The notes: generated from the letters alone by a model not told the origin. Positions 1 through 13,825 are shown, counted from the stretch's first letter. The stretch is 64,000 bases of DNA from Octopus sinensis (GCF_006345805.1 NC_043008.1:78554001-78618000); one strand, 5' to 3'. Program-made: numbers and translations.

Positions 1-269
1 AGCACTCTGGAGCCTACCCAGCTGTATTAATAGCACAGAATCAATCATCTTGCTAGTCAAAATTGTGAAGCTGACTGTCAACACTACTACATGAACCCGA
101 AGATTGCAGAATTCAATGCATGAAAGTACTAGTTCAATCAGAATGAACATTTAACATTCTACTATTTCATTTTATTTTATTCAATTATAATATATTATCT
201 TATAATATATCATTATACGATTGTAAATAAAACGTGAAAATCAGACAAGGTTGGATTCCTTTTATTATA

Positions 270-535
<266 letters not shown>

Positions 536-544
536 TACATACAT

Positions 545-845
545 GTGGAGGCGCAATGGCCCAATGGTTAGGGCAGCGGACTCGCGATCGCAAGATCGCG
601 GTTTCGATTCCCAGACCGGGCGTTGTGAATGTTTATTGACCGAAAACACCTAAAGCTCCACGACGCTCCGATGGGGGCGGGGGGAGCATCCCTGCTGCAC
701 TCTTTCGCCGCAACTTTCTCTCACTCTTTCTTCTGTTGGCCTGCTCGCTTAGCCAGCGGGGTAGCGTCATTTGAAGGCTGAAACAATGCAAAGCGCATTG
801 TGACCAGTGATGTGTAACAACATCTGATAGCCTGATCGGTCATGT
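545..845 (+). mobile_element. tRNA-derived SINE
   Basis: Pol III A box (TGGCCCAATGGTTAGGGC) and B box (GGTTTCGATTCCC) followed by about 230 bp of non-tRNA body, with no tRNA 3' acceptor stem. Confidence 0.8.
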
Positions 846-1112
846 GACATACATATATATGTGTGTGTATATCTGTGTATATATATTTGTGTGTGTATAT
901 ATATATATTATTTTTCTCTGTGTTTTTTTAATTGACTCTGTGTGTGTGTGGTGTGTGTGTAAGAAAGGTTTTGGTATTCAGAAGATCCAAAAGGTAGGAA
1001 AGGCTATGTAAGTGCTCCGGAAATACCGCAGTTACACGCCTGGTTCAAAATAGTATGAGTAAGGAGTCTAAGTGTAGTATGTATATGTTAAATAAAATGG
1101 GACGACAAAGCC

Positions 1113-1513
1113 AAGGCAGTGTGAAATTTCAAGGACGTGTATAAATAGAAAGGTAGTCTTACAGTTTTTTTTTCAGAGATATGAGGGATATTCCTTCATC
1201 AGTGACGATATGAGAGGGTTAAATAGAGGGAAATAGTATAGTTCAGTATAAGAAGTTATTTTGGAAAGGGGAAGATATAGGAAGTATCAATGGAAATAAA
1301 AGGATAAAAATAAAAATATAAATATCCTCTTATTTCTATTTATTTTTCCTATATCTCTCCCTTTCCAAAATAACTTCTTATATTGAAATCTATTATTTCC
1401 CTTTATTTAACTCTCTCATGTCATCTCTGGAGAAGGAACATCCCTTATATCCCTGGAACAGCTGTAAGACTACCTTTCTATTTATAAATGTCCTAGAAAT
1501 TTCACACCGCCTT
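1113..1513. repeat. ~400-bp imperfect fold-back (inverted PLE pseudo-LTR pair) with a decayed hammerhead motif in each arm
   Basis: AAGGCAGTGTGAAATTTC...TAAATAGAAAGGTAGTCTTACAG at left is the reverse complement of CTGTAAGACTACCTTTCTATTTA...GAAATTTCACACCGCCTT at right; centre near 1318. Confidence 0.85.
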
Positions 1514-1533
1514 CTCTTTCTCCTCTCATTTTA

Positions 1534-1766
1534 TGTACTGTATCATACAAGAAATGGTAATTTCTCCTGCAAATTGTTTATAAACAGCTTCAAGACAAAC
1601 GCGTCATAAACAAACTTATTAAGGATGACATATAGAAATAATCATGACAAAGATGACAAAATCGCGTTCTTAAAAGTCAGAGGTAATTCACATTTTCACA
1701 CATACAACAGTCAAAAACATAACCGTTGCTTTACTTTTCTCTACATACAAACAATTTCATGTTCAT
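1534..1766 (+). repeat. Interspersed repeat with an inverted copy at 9743-9979
   Basis: Long shared blocks such as CGCGTTCTTAAAAGTCAGAGGTAATTCACATTTTCACACATACAACAGTCAAAAA read as the reverse complement at about 9.8 kb. Confidence 0.85.
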
Positions 1767-1801
1767 AAATTGGGATTATATATATATTTGTGTGTATGTA
1801 T

Positions 1802-1879
<78 letters not shown>

Positions 1880-2129
1880 TAATATAGGAAAATATGTTGT
1901 TGAAAATGCACTTATATTTCAAAAGCTCGTAAATGTTTTAAATACATTTATCTACATATATACCAAACTAGTTTCAACAATATTTTTTGTTTATCAATGG
2001 CAAAAATGTAAAATTAGAAAAACATCATTATAAGTTTCGATGCTGACAAACTAAAATGTTCCAATAATTTATCATGTTCAAAATAGAAGGTGTAAGTTTG
2101 ATTGTTAGAATGCACAAAGTTCATTAATT

Positions 2130-5100
2130 TCAGTGGTGGACGACAAGTCATACTGAAAAAAACAAGTGTGAGAATTAAAATAATAAAAAAAAGTAATTTG
2201 GTTTACGGTTTCTCAGACCTTCTTTAAACAGTCGCTTTCGCTTGTAAAGGTATGTTTAGGGAAAGATGTATTTATATATTTTTTCTGCGAGCGGATCTGA
2301 TTTTGATTCGTTAAAAAATTGATGACGTTTTTCTTCCGCGGTCAAGTTTGTCGTTCTGCTTGGTTGGTTTCCTTGCGGATACGGTTATAGGTCGTTCCGG
2401 TTGGTTGGTTCTCTTAAAGGGTCTTTTCGTTGTATTCGCTGAAGTTCGGTTTCGATTGGTTTGGAATTATGTGACGTCAGCAACTGGTGTTTGTGGAATT
2501 TAATTGGACTGGAGGTGGGTGACGTCAGCATCTTGTGTTTGTGTGGTGATTTGGAGCTGCGGTTTCGAAACCTGGGTGGGAGATTGTCACTAAAATGTTA
2601 TTGTTTTTTGTGTGTTGAAATTGGGTGTTTTTCTCTTCTTTATACTACTTTTTCTTCTTTCTAAAGGATATTTAACTGTGGTTTATATTTTATAATCAAT
2701 ATGTTTTCCTTATTTAAATGGAATTGGGTTGAAGTGTTTCCAGTGCATTGATAGAGAGGGAAGATTTGGTATTTAGGGTTTTTGTCTACGGGGCATTGGT
2801 CTAGGCGCTGGCTAACAGGAATTTTCCTAGTAGTGGGGTCCCGGATTTGTTGTCTGTGCACCGTAAGTCTATCCCTCAAAGTTAAGCTTGTTTGACCAAT
2901 GTAGTCTCCACCACAACCTCTACATAGATTAAGTTCTTCGAAGCACAGGTGAAGTCATGTTTTAAGGTAAAAGTTAGGCTTGACTTAAATTTGTGTGTTG
3001 AGCCCTCTAAGAGAAAGGGGCAAGTTCAGCAGTTAGGGCAGTTGCATTTTTTGACTTGTGGCGTTGTATTTTTGGTGGGTAATTTGGCGCTGGTGAGTAA
3101 TATTTTTAGAGATTGTGGTTGTCTCTTGCTTTTGATAATCCTATGTGTTTCTAGTGCCTTTTTCATTCGTGGGTCCTTCATAAGGATGGATATGTTTTGG
3201 TGGATGATGTTGTATGCTTCCTGGTTTCTTGGATTGTTTGTTGATATGTAAGATAGAGTTTTTAGTGTGTCATGGTGCTTTCTTGTTTTCCGTAACTCTT
3301 GGATGTCTATCATTTTTGCACGTTCTATTCCATTTTTGATTAGACTGACCGGGTATTTTCTATCTAGTAATGAAGTTTTGAGTTCTTGGAGTTGCTTTTC
3401 TCGGGTTTCGGGATTTGATGCAATCGTGCAATTTTTTCTCGCTAAGTTGAACGGTATATATATTTTAGTATGTTTTGGTTGGCAAGAGGAGAATAAAAGA
3501 TATTGTTTTGAGTCCGTGTTTGAAGAAGATGTCAATTTCAATTTCAGTATCTCTCTTTATTATTAAGATGTCCAGGAAGGGTAGTTGTAGGTGGTTGTAT
3601 TCCATAGTGAATTGGATACTGTGGTTAATGCTGTTGATTAAGTTTTTAAATTCTGTGAGTTGTTCAAGGTTATGTGGCCAAAGGATGGAACATTCATCCA
3701 GGTAGCGTTTCCAGTTGGTGAGTAAGTATTTTTGGAAGTTTCTCCAAATTTTAATCTAGCATGTTCGTATATTTGGACTTCCAAGTATGCCATGACAAGG
3801 TTGGCAAAAGTAGGCGCTACCCTCGTTCCCATCGCCGTACCCGATTTTTGTCTATAAGAGTTATTCCTTCAACGATGAACTCTTTTCCGATTCTGTCAGG
3901 AATGTCATTTGGGATTTTTTCCAGCCAGTATTGTATAGCTATTATTCCGTATTCGTGAGGAATCGAGGTGTAGAGGTTTATTAATGAAACCAGGAGAGAG
4001 TCTTTGTTGGTTTTGTACGGGACATGGTTTAAAAAGTCCAGATCATCCCATATAAAGCTCGGCATATGCTGGAGAATAGGTTTGAGGAGGACGTCAATAA
4101 AATTACGGAGTCTGTGTGTCTCACAAGAGGGACCGGTCACAATCGATCTCATTTTGAGATCACTCGGGTGCGGAATATTTATGACTATAGAGGTTGACTT
4201 GTTACAGGCTTCGTTTGTGGCCTCACTTTTGTGGATTTTGGGAAATCGATAGAAGTTATGGCTTTGCAGTCAAATCTAGTTAAGTAGTCTGTCTCCTTTT
4301 GTGTTAAACCTTGTTGGAATTGTTGGATAACGGTAGACAGTTTGGTCATTATCTTGGATTGACTGTAGCTGTTGATTTTTCATAGTAGGTATTGTCTTGA
4401 AGGAGGGTTAGGGTAGTGTTTATGTATTTTTCTGAGTCCATGATAACTACAGAGCTCCCTTTGTCAGCTTCTTTTATAATTATGCTGTCATCCTCCTTGA
4501 GATTATTGATGATTCCCCATTCTTCTTCACTTGTATTTATTTTGAATTTTCGGGGTGGGAGTAAATTGTAGGGGAAACTGGAAATTAAGTCACAAAAGTT
4601 ATCCAGAGTTTGATTTTTTCCTTTTGTCGGACAGTAGTTTATTGTGAAGAATGGATTTATCATTATTTTCTTTATCTAGTAGTTCTTCAGTGATGCGAAG
4701 TTTTCTGCAGAATTCTTGGATATCATTTTGTATGTCATTTAGGTTCGACCTTTGTAGTGTTGGGGTGAATTTCAATCCCTTTTCAAGAATTTTGATTTCC
4801 TGGTTCGAAAGTGCTTTATGTGAGAGATTTATCACCTTCGGAGTATTATATTTGGTTGGTGCCATTGAGTGTCCCGGTTTTGACCCAGTTTGTCTAAAAA
4901 AATGGTTTCTCTGGTATAGGGGATTAGTGTTCCTGTTACTAGTCCTTCCTCTAACCCTTGATCTATTGTGGGTTCTTCGTTGTGGTCGGTTCAAAGGAAT
5001 TTTCCCTTTTGTGCCTTCGATGAATTTTTGGAGTCCTATGGAATGCATTGGTTATCCTTGGTTCTGAACGGTCATTTTGGTATTGCTCCGGTAGTAAGTT

Positions 5101-6285
5101 CCTTCCAGTTGTATGGAGTTAATGGCTTTTAGTTTTTTTCAAGAAGGGGTTATCCGATTGGTATTTCTCTTTGAATTTTAACTCGTAGTGACTGAACCAA
5201 TCGTTATTTTTTCCCATCTTTGAAGGGAGATTACTTCCTCGTGTTCCCAGTCCTTTTTCTATAGTAGAATGGTATTTTCAAAAATTTCACCTTGGGCTTT
5301 TTTCGCGATTTCGGCTTTCATTTCTTCATCAATTGAGGTAATTTTTTCTTCATGGGTTTGAGCTCTGAATTTCAGAAGTTCTGTCTCCATTTTGAAGATA
5401 TCCAAAAACCATTTTTTCCTTCAGTTCTCTCTGTTTTGCTGGTTCATTGGGGATGGCTTTAATTTGTAGCTTTCTAGGGAGATTATAAGAAGTTGAATTG
5501 AGCCATTACTCGTATATCTTTGCTTTATTGGAGTTCTTGACCATGTTCCAGAAAGCGAATTTGCGATTCTTGTGATTTTGGTCCATACTTGAAAGACTAA
5601 ATGAACATCGTCATATTGCCTCAGACTAAATGAACATCTGAGACAATATGACAACAAAAAAACAGTCCTCCATACCCTACCGACATGGCGGCAACTTGAG
5701 TCACCTTGACATCCGCATCTTATCCATGCACCCAAACAAATACGGGAGTACGTCCTTATAAATGAAACTTCCCCAATACTAAAAAGGAAATATACATAAT
5801 AGATATCATACCCCCATACCCACAGTTTACGCAGGTAGAGTAGAATAGTTAGTGGGCTGTTATGTAGATAGATGTATGTGTGTGTGGGGGGGTATATATA
5901 TGTATATGCACATGTATGTAAGCATATGGATATGAAAATAAACAGATCAACATATAGACGGATAGGTACATAGGTTATATGAACAAAGAAACATAAATAC
6001 GCAAATGAAGACTGAAACACATGATCATATATACACACACACTTTACTTCACACAAGGACAGATATGGAGACACGTGTCCATACATGGAGATGCACATCC
6101 ATACATACAAACATGATACATAGTTGCAAAACACAAACACAGACATGCACAAACAAGAAGATAGAGGTGCATACATATACAAACACACGCTCACACACAC
6201 GCATATATAAAAATACACAAACACGGACATGTAAGTACATGAATATGCAGAATACATACATACATATAAATGCACACAGATGCAT

Positions 6286-6316
<31 letters not shown>

Positions 6317-6600
6317 CATACATATATACATACATACATACATACATACATACATACATACATACATACATACATGCACACATACATGCATGCATAGGCA
6401 CACACACACACACACACGCACGCACGCACTGCCCCACACAGCGCACAAACAAACAAAAAGGAACGCAGAGTAAATAACGGACAGAGTCAAGAAAAGGTTG
6501 CAAAACGCCCCGAAAATTTTAGGAAAATAAAAATAAGGAATAAGTGGAAATTTTACCGGTGAATGTGTTAGATTATAAGGCACAAAAAGAAAATGAGTCT
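2130..6600 (-). mobile_element. Penelope/Poseidon-type PLE, near full length, degenerate
   Basis: Broken ORF from about 5586 to 2661: RT motifs (NLYTSIPH; MGTRVAPTFANLVM), thumb (TDSKQYLLFSSCQPKHTK..IPFNLAR), CNCPNC linker and GIY-YIG endonuclease tail (LRDRLTVHRQQIR...KENILIIKYKPQLN). Confidence 0.9.
2661..5586 (-). pseudogene. PLE reverse transcriptase + GIY-YIG endonuclease pseudo-ORF
   Basis: ORF-track pieces 4349-4663, 3817-4152, 3638-3832, 3026-3541 and 2661-2879 are collinear parts of one polyprotein separated by frameshifts and stops. Confidence 0.88.
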
Positions 6601-6614
6601 ACCCAGACCCAATA

Positions 6615-6687
<73 letters not shown>

Positions 6688-7086
6688 CAATATCAATATC
6701 AATAATACAGTGATTGGTTCTTGTCAGGAACAAAAAGATTAATAGGACTGCTATAGAAGTGCTCTATTGAAAGAGACAAAAATATCAAACTAAAATTATT
6801 GAACAAACAAATGCAAGGTCATCCGCATTTCATTTCATAATTCGAACATTTAATCATAGAATATACATATAAATATCCCGCAAGATTCATCTGTATAAGC
6901 AGACAAGCATATAATAATAATAAGGTGCGACAAAAAAATTTTCTTCATCAAAATTTAGAGTTAATATTTTAGCGATTCAGAAAAAATACATTTTTTAAAA
7001 AGACGTAGAAAGTAAAAATATAATATAAGTAATATATAAAAATATATAGGTATATAAAAATATATAATATATATCATGTAAATAAA

Positions 7087-7121
<35 letters not shown>

Positions 7122-7152
7122 TTTATACATATATATATATAGATATATACAT

Positions 7153-7219
<67 letters not shown>

Positions 7220-7242
7220 CTATATATATATATGTGTGTATG

Positions 7243-7311
<69 letters not shown>

Positions 7312-7715
7312 ACTGTTTATTTGTTCAGAGCAAAAACATCATCCCACTACTCTAAGTATCCTATTCTGTAGAACATTCCTTAAAAAATGTTATGTTTGAG
7401 CTATTCTATCTGGAGAATTGTCTCTTTCTCTCTCCTTATCTATTTATCCCTCTGTCTTTAACTTTTGGCCCAACTCTTCCCTTGTCTATCATTCTATGTA
7501 TCTAGCATAAAGCATGATAAAGTTCAAATCATCTTTCAATATCAATATACATAATAATATTTCAATGAATTAATACATAATTAATCAGGATAAACTTCTG
7601 ATATTTTAGATTCACTAAACGAAATATATCCCTAGATTCAATAATCATGTTGCTGTCTTTTACTGCTTTTCGTATGGAAAAGCCATTCATATGGTATCTC
7701 TCATGAGAGTAAATG

Positions 7716-7719
<4 letters not shown>

Positions 7720-7763
<44 letters not shown>

Positions 7764-7922
7764 CATACATACATACATACATACATACATACATACATAC
7801 ATACATACATACGTACGTACGTACGTATATACATACATACATACATAAATACATACATACATACATACATACATACATACATACATACATACATACATAC
7901 ATACATACATACATACATACAT
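7720..7922. repeat. (TA)n-(TACA)n compound microsatellite
   Basis: Direct reading of the sequence. Confidence 0.97.
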
Positions 7923-8049
7923 AATGAATGTGGTATTAGCAGTGACATTTACCAGTGTACATGATATAGTATTTCATAACACAATGCATTATCACATTCG
8001 GAGCATGTAGTTGAGTCCAGGTTACCAAACTGGGGTTACATGCATTGTC

Positions 8050-9000
8050 ATATATTTTAGTCTAAGTTAAAGTTTGACACATCCCACAGATCTCTTCCAC
8101 TCTTATTTTCTCCCATCCCTTCCAAGACGATAACCTTACATACACATACTCCTAAAGCAAAAGTACTCTCACACGCTTCCATCTAACAAGGCCACCGGCT
8201 CTGATCAGAACTTTCCAGTGCCCTCTAAACTTGCATCTCAGAGTTACTCAACAAACTCACAATCTCTTCCTCTCTACAAACATCTACCTTGATCTTTGGA
8301 AACATACTACAGTGTGCCCTATTCTCAAGAAAGGCACCTTCTCTGACCCTGCCAACTATCATCCTGTCGTACTCACTTCCAATTTCTTTAAGATAGTAAC
8401 AACGACATCATCTAGCACCTTCAAAACCTCCCTCACTCCTTCATAACCTCTAGTACATAATGTCAGATCCATTGACGAGCTTCGACGGTTTTGTTCCCTC
8501 AATGACTTACTTGACACCACATCCAACATCACCGCTTATAAATATGAATACTTTCTTAATATTCCTTAACAAGACATCATCCACTCACTACCTAGACATC
8601 TTGAACCAAACTCGCGTTGATTCCATAAACAGACATCTCAAAAGCATCCTCCAGTTATAACGAACTTATTTTGTCAACGATAAGAAAAACAAAAAGCACA
8701 CTGACTGATTGGTATAAAGTCACTCATAGATGCGCTCTACTCTATGACTCACAGGAGCGCTGTCTTCTCTCCCAGCCTAATCTACTATTATTATAATGGC
8801 CTCTACTCCCCAAATCTAGCTGGTCCATGCCTCTCTCGCTCAAACATACCCGATTAACTTATCTCTCCTACTCCCATCACCCTTGTTGTGTTCACCCTAT
8901 TCCAGATCCCCTACATCTAATGTTTACTTCCCACAACGTTATCGTGTCTTTCTCACAGATGTTGACTTGCAAAGATTTGATAGAAACATTAATCGCACCA
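8050..9000 (+). mobile_element. Highly decayed CR1/L2-group LINE RT fragment
   Basis: LWKHTTVCPILKKGTFSDPANYHPVVLTS matches the non-LTR RT W...V.PI.KKG...P.NYRPI.LTS motif. Confidence 0.7.
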
Positions 9001-9742
9001 ATCATCCCAGTCTATGAGGCATGCAAAGGCCATGAGCACGGCTCCTTGTTTAAAATCCAGTAAGTAAAAATATAAATTCTAATAGTGCATTTAGTTAAGT
9101 ACAGTTTACAATATTTGACAGGATGAGCCGGAAATGATTTTTAGATAATTGCAAATATAACCCTAGTGAAATATAACTCCCATTAACGTTAATAAAAATT
9201 ATTCTCAAAAGAAGCAAAGCAAATTTTGATCATCCTGATATATGCAAAGATAAAGAGTGACTGATCTTTGATGGCCATGGTAATAACTGCGGACATGTTT
9301 CGGTTTTATCTAAAGTTTCTCAGCTAAGTGTAATCTACTCAATGGCTACCAATATCACAGAACTACATATAGGAATAGCTTTCGTATGAAGGACTTTCAC
9401 TGACTAGGCAAATTAAAGTCATTAATATTGGAAAATTTTCAAATTCAAGGAAAGATAATGTGGCTATTGAAGTATAACAATCACAAGCATAAAAGGCAGC
9501 TCCAATTGAATATAGACTACTTGGTATAGAGTTACTATTTCACTCACCATCCTATTTTCATATTATTATTTAGATTATATCTCTACTGTAAATATATGAT
9601 CCTATAAAAATACACGTAAATAAAAATGCAGCAAGAACATATTCTTGAATTTCTTTATTTCAGTTTAGTTATCAATCTCTGTATGTTAACGCAGGAAAAA
9701 TATACACACCCTCGTGAATATGTGTGAATATATCTAAACGTA

Positions 9743-9979
9743 TATGAATATGAAATTGTTTGTATGTAGAGAAAAGTAAGGCAACGGTTATATTTTTGAC
9801 TGTTGTATGTGTGAAAATGTGAATTACCTCTGACTTTTAAGAACGCGATTTTTTCATCTTTGACATGATTATTTGTATATGTCATCCTTGATAAGATTGT
9901 TTGCATATGCCGCTTTTATCTTGTAGCTGTTATAAACAATATGCAGGAGAAATTACCATTTCTAGTATGATACAGCACA
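9743..9979 (-). repeat. Inverted copy of the 1534-1766 repeat
   Basis: Reverse-complement similarity along about 235 bp. Confidence 0.85.
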
Positions 9980-10989
9980 GAAACAAAAAGAAAACTTATT
10001 TTCTCGTCGAGTATGAAATCTGGCTTCTGAAATAATTGGTGGTACTGAAGGGTTTCTGTGTTCCCTCACTTCTGAGAGTCAATAACTCAGATTTAAGTTT
10101 GCCACATGCATATATTTTCTTTTTTAATTTATAATTAAACATTTTTAGTAGATGTTCTGCTGAAAATAATATTAAGCATTCACGTATTCTAGTGTCAGTA
10201 GTGTTGTTAGTATCACATAATAATATGTTAATGTAATGTATAGAAGTATACTATATATTAATATTATAGAATTACACTATAGAATAACATGAGCTTTTAC
10301 TTGCAACATCATTTAAGAAAGCAATAGTTCTACCATGATATAGGAATAACAAAAAGCAGAAGGTGTAATGTGAAACCAACGGTTACAAATACAAGGTGAG
10401 AGATATTATACAATACGTGGAAGGACATTTTAAATGTACAAACATATATGCATATAGAATGTTCAGGCTACATATGTCTACATACACCCAACCACTCTTA
10501 GAATGTTCAAAAATGTCCTTAAAATTGACATATCTGAGTATAATTTTTACTTTGAATTGAATGCCTAAGTTTTCGTAAAAGTAGAGAATTGTGCAAACAA
10601 AACATTATAAGTCTTGAGACACCCAGAGAGCGATTGGAAAAAACAAAAACGGCATGACAGGTCTGGATTCCATTTCTTTCGACTGCACCGTTAGAGCTAC
10701 ATCGTCTGCACAATCTGGAATTATATACCAACAATATTTTTCAAATGATCTTAAAATCAAGTTTTAAGATCATTTGAACAATGCTTTTGACTCCATGCCA
10801 AAAGATTTTCATATAAATTAGACTTATTGCACAGAAGTACATTGCTACACAGCTATTTTGCCTCGACTGATGTTTTATTTAACATTATCCAACAAAAATG
10901 ACTCAAAGAACTTTGCCGGGTGAGGCTGTTAATTTAGACATACCCTGGGCCAACATTTCACCAAACGTATCTCAATTTATCTGATAGAT

Positions 10990-11104
<115 letters not shown>

Positions 11105-12354
11105 CAGATAGATGGATTTCGCTTAGGCATAGCGATACTAATAAACTAGTGTTAGAACTCAATATACATATGTTTCAGAATATAGCGTTAGATGAGTACA
11201 GAGCGTAATATGAAATGAGATAAATAACAAAGAACAGGAATTACGTAATGAACTTCACTAGCTAATGCAGTTGATCACGTAATTCCTATTCCCTTGTCAT
11301 TTATTTAATTTCTTATATCTATAAATAGAGAAAGAATTAGCAAGGGCTTTCCCTTGCTATTTCTATCTCGTAAGGGGAGGTGAAAGGGAATGGAGAGACA
11401 AAAGGGGGAGAGAAAACGAAACAAAGACTGGACCTTGTCTCAAATATGACTGTAGAACAGAAACAGAGATTTATATAACTTCTCTTCTTTCACTTAGTGT
11501 TTAAACTCTACAGAAAGGAAATCTTACTTAACCAATCGACGATCAACGAAGAAAGGCTAACAATGAATTATCTTTTAAAACCTGAGAAATGGTGAAGATA
11601 AAAAACATAAATACGGAAACAAAAAACATGGAATGCTGCAAAGTTCTGCAAAGAAAAGGGAAATCTAAATCACATGATATAAAAAGAGATAAAATAAAAA
11701 ATTAAAATGTAGATTGGAAAACATTGAATGAATTTTGTGTAAAGTTTCTTTTATCGAAATATGGTTTCTGGAAATATTATTCAGTGAATGAATCGATAAA
11801 TTAAGAATGACAGAATATGGATTCAGCACAAGCAAAACGTGCAGCATGCTTGTTCTCTCTTGATCAATAGTAACGTTTTATTGAAGGAATACTTTTCAAC
11901 ATATAGGATTAAATCTTTAAACTTGAGATTAATTACAATTTCTCTACTTATGCGAAAACTAAAGTATTCAATTTGAAGTTAAAATTATACTCAGGTAAGT
12001 CAATTTTTAGGACATTTTAGCACATTCTAAGATACAGTACTTTTCACTCGTCGTACAATTCTGACAGAAATCACGAAAAAATTCCCTTTTGGTTATATTG
12101 ATTCTGTATCGTTCCGTTTAGCAATATGTTCTCTGTAAAAGAATCAATCAAACTATGTGACACGGAAAGGAAATGTTTGTCTCCAAAAATAATTCAGTCA
12201 ATATTTCGAGTTAGCTCTTTGTTTCCATGTTTGTAATTCGTAATGGCTAAGGAATATTACGAATATTTTAAAGAAACCATCGTTGTTTGTCGATAAATGT
12301 GTGTGTGTATGTGTTCTGTGTCTGTATCTGTGTGTAAGCGTGTGTGTGTGTATG

Positions 12355-13435
12355 TATTATACTGAGTTGGTCAAAAAGTCCTTTCAATTTTTGTCGACAC
12401 TAAACTTCAAGCATCTTAATTCAGTTTGCCCATTCAATGCACACTCGTTAGATACTTGACACTTAAACGTAGTTTGACACGAACTTTGGACCAGAGAAAC
12501 TGTCTTTGTGTGCTTGGGATCTCCCGGAAAAGGGAGAACCAAGAAGAACATTATCGACATCTCATGTTTTTTTTTAAGGCAAGAAAGCAGCAGAAACCTG
12601 CAGGAAGATATGCGCTGTGTACGGAAAGGATGTTGTAATGGAACGTGTGTGTCAGATGTGCTTTTCGAGATTTCAATCGAGAAATTTTTCGGTTCAAGAT
12701 GCACCTCCCACTGACCGGTCAAGTGAGTTTAACAGCGACAAAATGAAGGAGTTAGTCAAAGCCTGTCTCCATTATACAAGCAGGATTATCGCAGATATTC
12801 TCCAAATATATAAATCGCGTGTTGAAAACTATCTGCATCAACTTGGTTATGTTAGCAGGCTCGATGTTTGAGTCCCACATCAATTGAATGACGCTAACCC
12901 CACCCAATGTTTTTCCACATTATTATTTCACTGCAGAAAGGTGAAGAATATATATTTTTTTGAAGAGAATGGTGACAAGGCACACAAATGAATCATTAAT
13001 AACAATGTGAAATACAATCATCATGGGGAGTGTGCAGCGAATCATCATAAAGAACTTTCACAGCAGGACTTCACCCGAACAAGTTTATGCTTTCAATTTG
13101 GTGGGATTTGAAGAGTGGTCATTTTACGAGCTTCTTCCCACGAACTGGACCATCATTTCCTTTGTGTACTTCTGACCAGCTGCACGATATAAACGCAGTG
13201 ATCTATCAGAAGCGTTCAGCACTTGTTAATCACAAGGGCATTGTCTTGCATCACAATGTAAGACTGCACACATTTTGTAAACGTGACATAAGATCATGGG
13301 AATTGTTGCGAAGTTTTCCCCCCACTCTCCATATTTACCCAACTTTATGCCTTCAGATTTCCACTTGTTTCGTTCTCTTCAAAAATTCCTTGAATGGGCA
13401 GACCTTCAACTCTGAAGGGCAACATCAAAGATGTG
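12355..13435 (+). mobile_element. Degenerate mariner transposon, 3' truncated
   Basis: ICAVYGKDVVMERVCQ..F.RF helix-turn-helix, a WVPH-like linker after SRLDV and MLSIWWD correspond to mariner transposase motifs. Confidence 0.85.
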
Positions 13436-13449
13436 CGTATTTCTGCAAC

Positions 13450-13825
13450 ACGACTTGTTGCACCACCATGTCCCTAAATTGTGTGCGGCATTATGTTCTT
13501 ATTTTACAGAGACTGAATGGGTATAGACTCCTCCTGTTGGTGTACTGCACCAGTTTATTTCACGGGGTTTAGTTTCTTGTTTCTTGTGTGCGTTATTATG
13601 TGCAGTGTGTATACTATGAGTAGTGTTATTTTATTAGGCCTTAATCTTGTATACCATATGTTGCGTAAGTTGTGATGTTTTCGCTTATTAGATGCTTGTT
13701 GTATTGGGCGTGTGTTGTGTGTGAAGATTTCTCTATTTGAGCTGTTCTATTGAATCATAATTAATTCTATTGAATTGATTGCCTTGTGCAAGATGTGGGT
13801 TGTTCCAAACAGCTATTTTGGGGCA
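13450..13825 (-). mobile_element. 3'-terminal fragment of a second R4/Dong-like LINE
   Basis: With one frameshift it translates as KIAV-FGTTHILHKAINSIE*, paralogous to the KIALLGTAHILRKTLSIQ* end of the adjacent element. Confidence 0.55.

Noticed and set aside
547-620. Possible tRNA gene
   Set aside because: A and B boxes are present, but there is no complete cloverleaf or terminator and it continues into SINE body.
2195-2245. Hammerhead at the 3' end of the large PLE
   Set aside because: Reads TTAAAGA...CCGTAAAC on the minus strand; both core strands are mutated, too degenerate to call.
10590-10710. CADDVALTVQSKE resembling the RT YADD motif
   Set aside because: An isolated short match with no flanking RT motifs.
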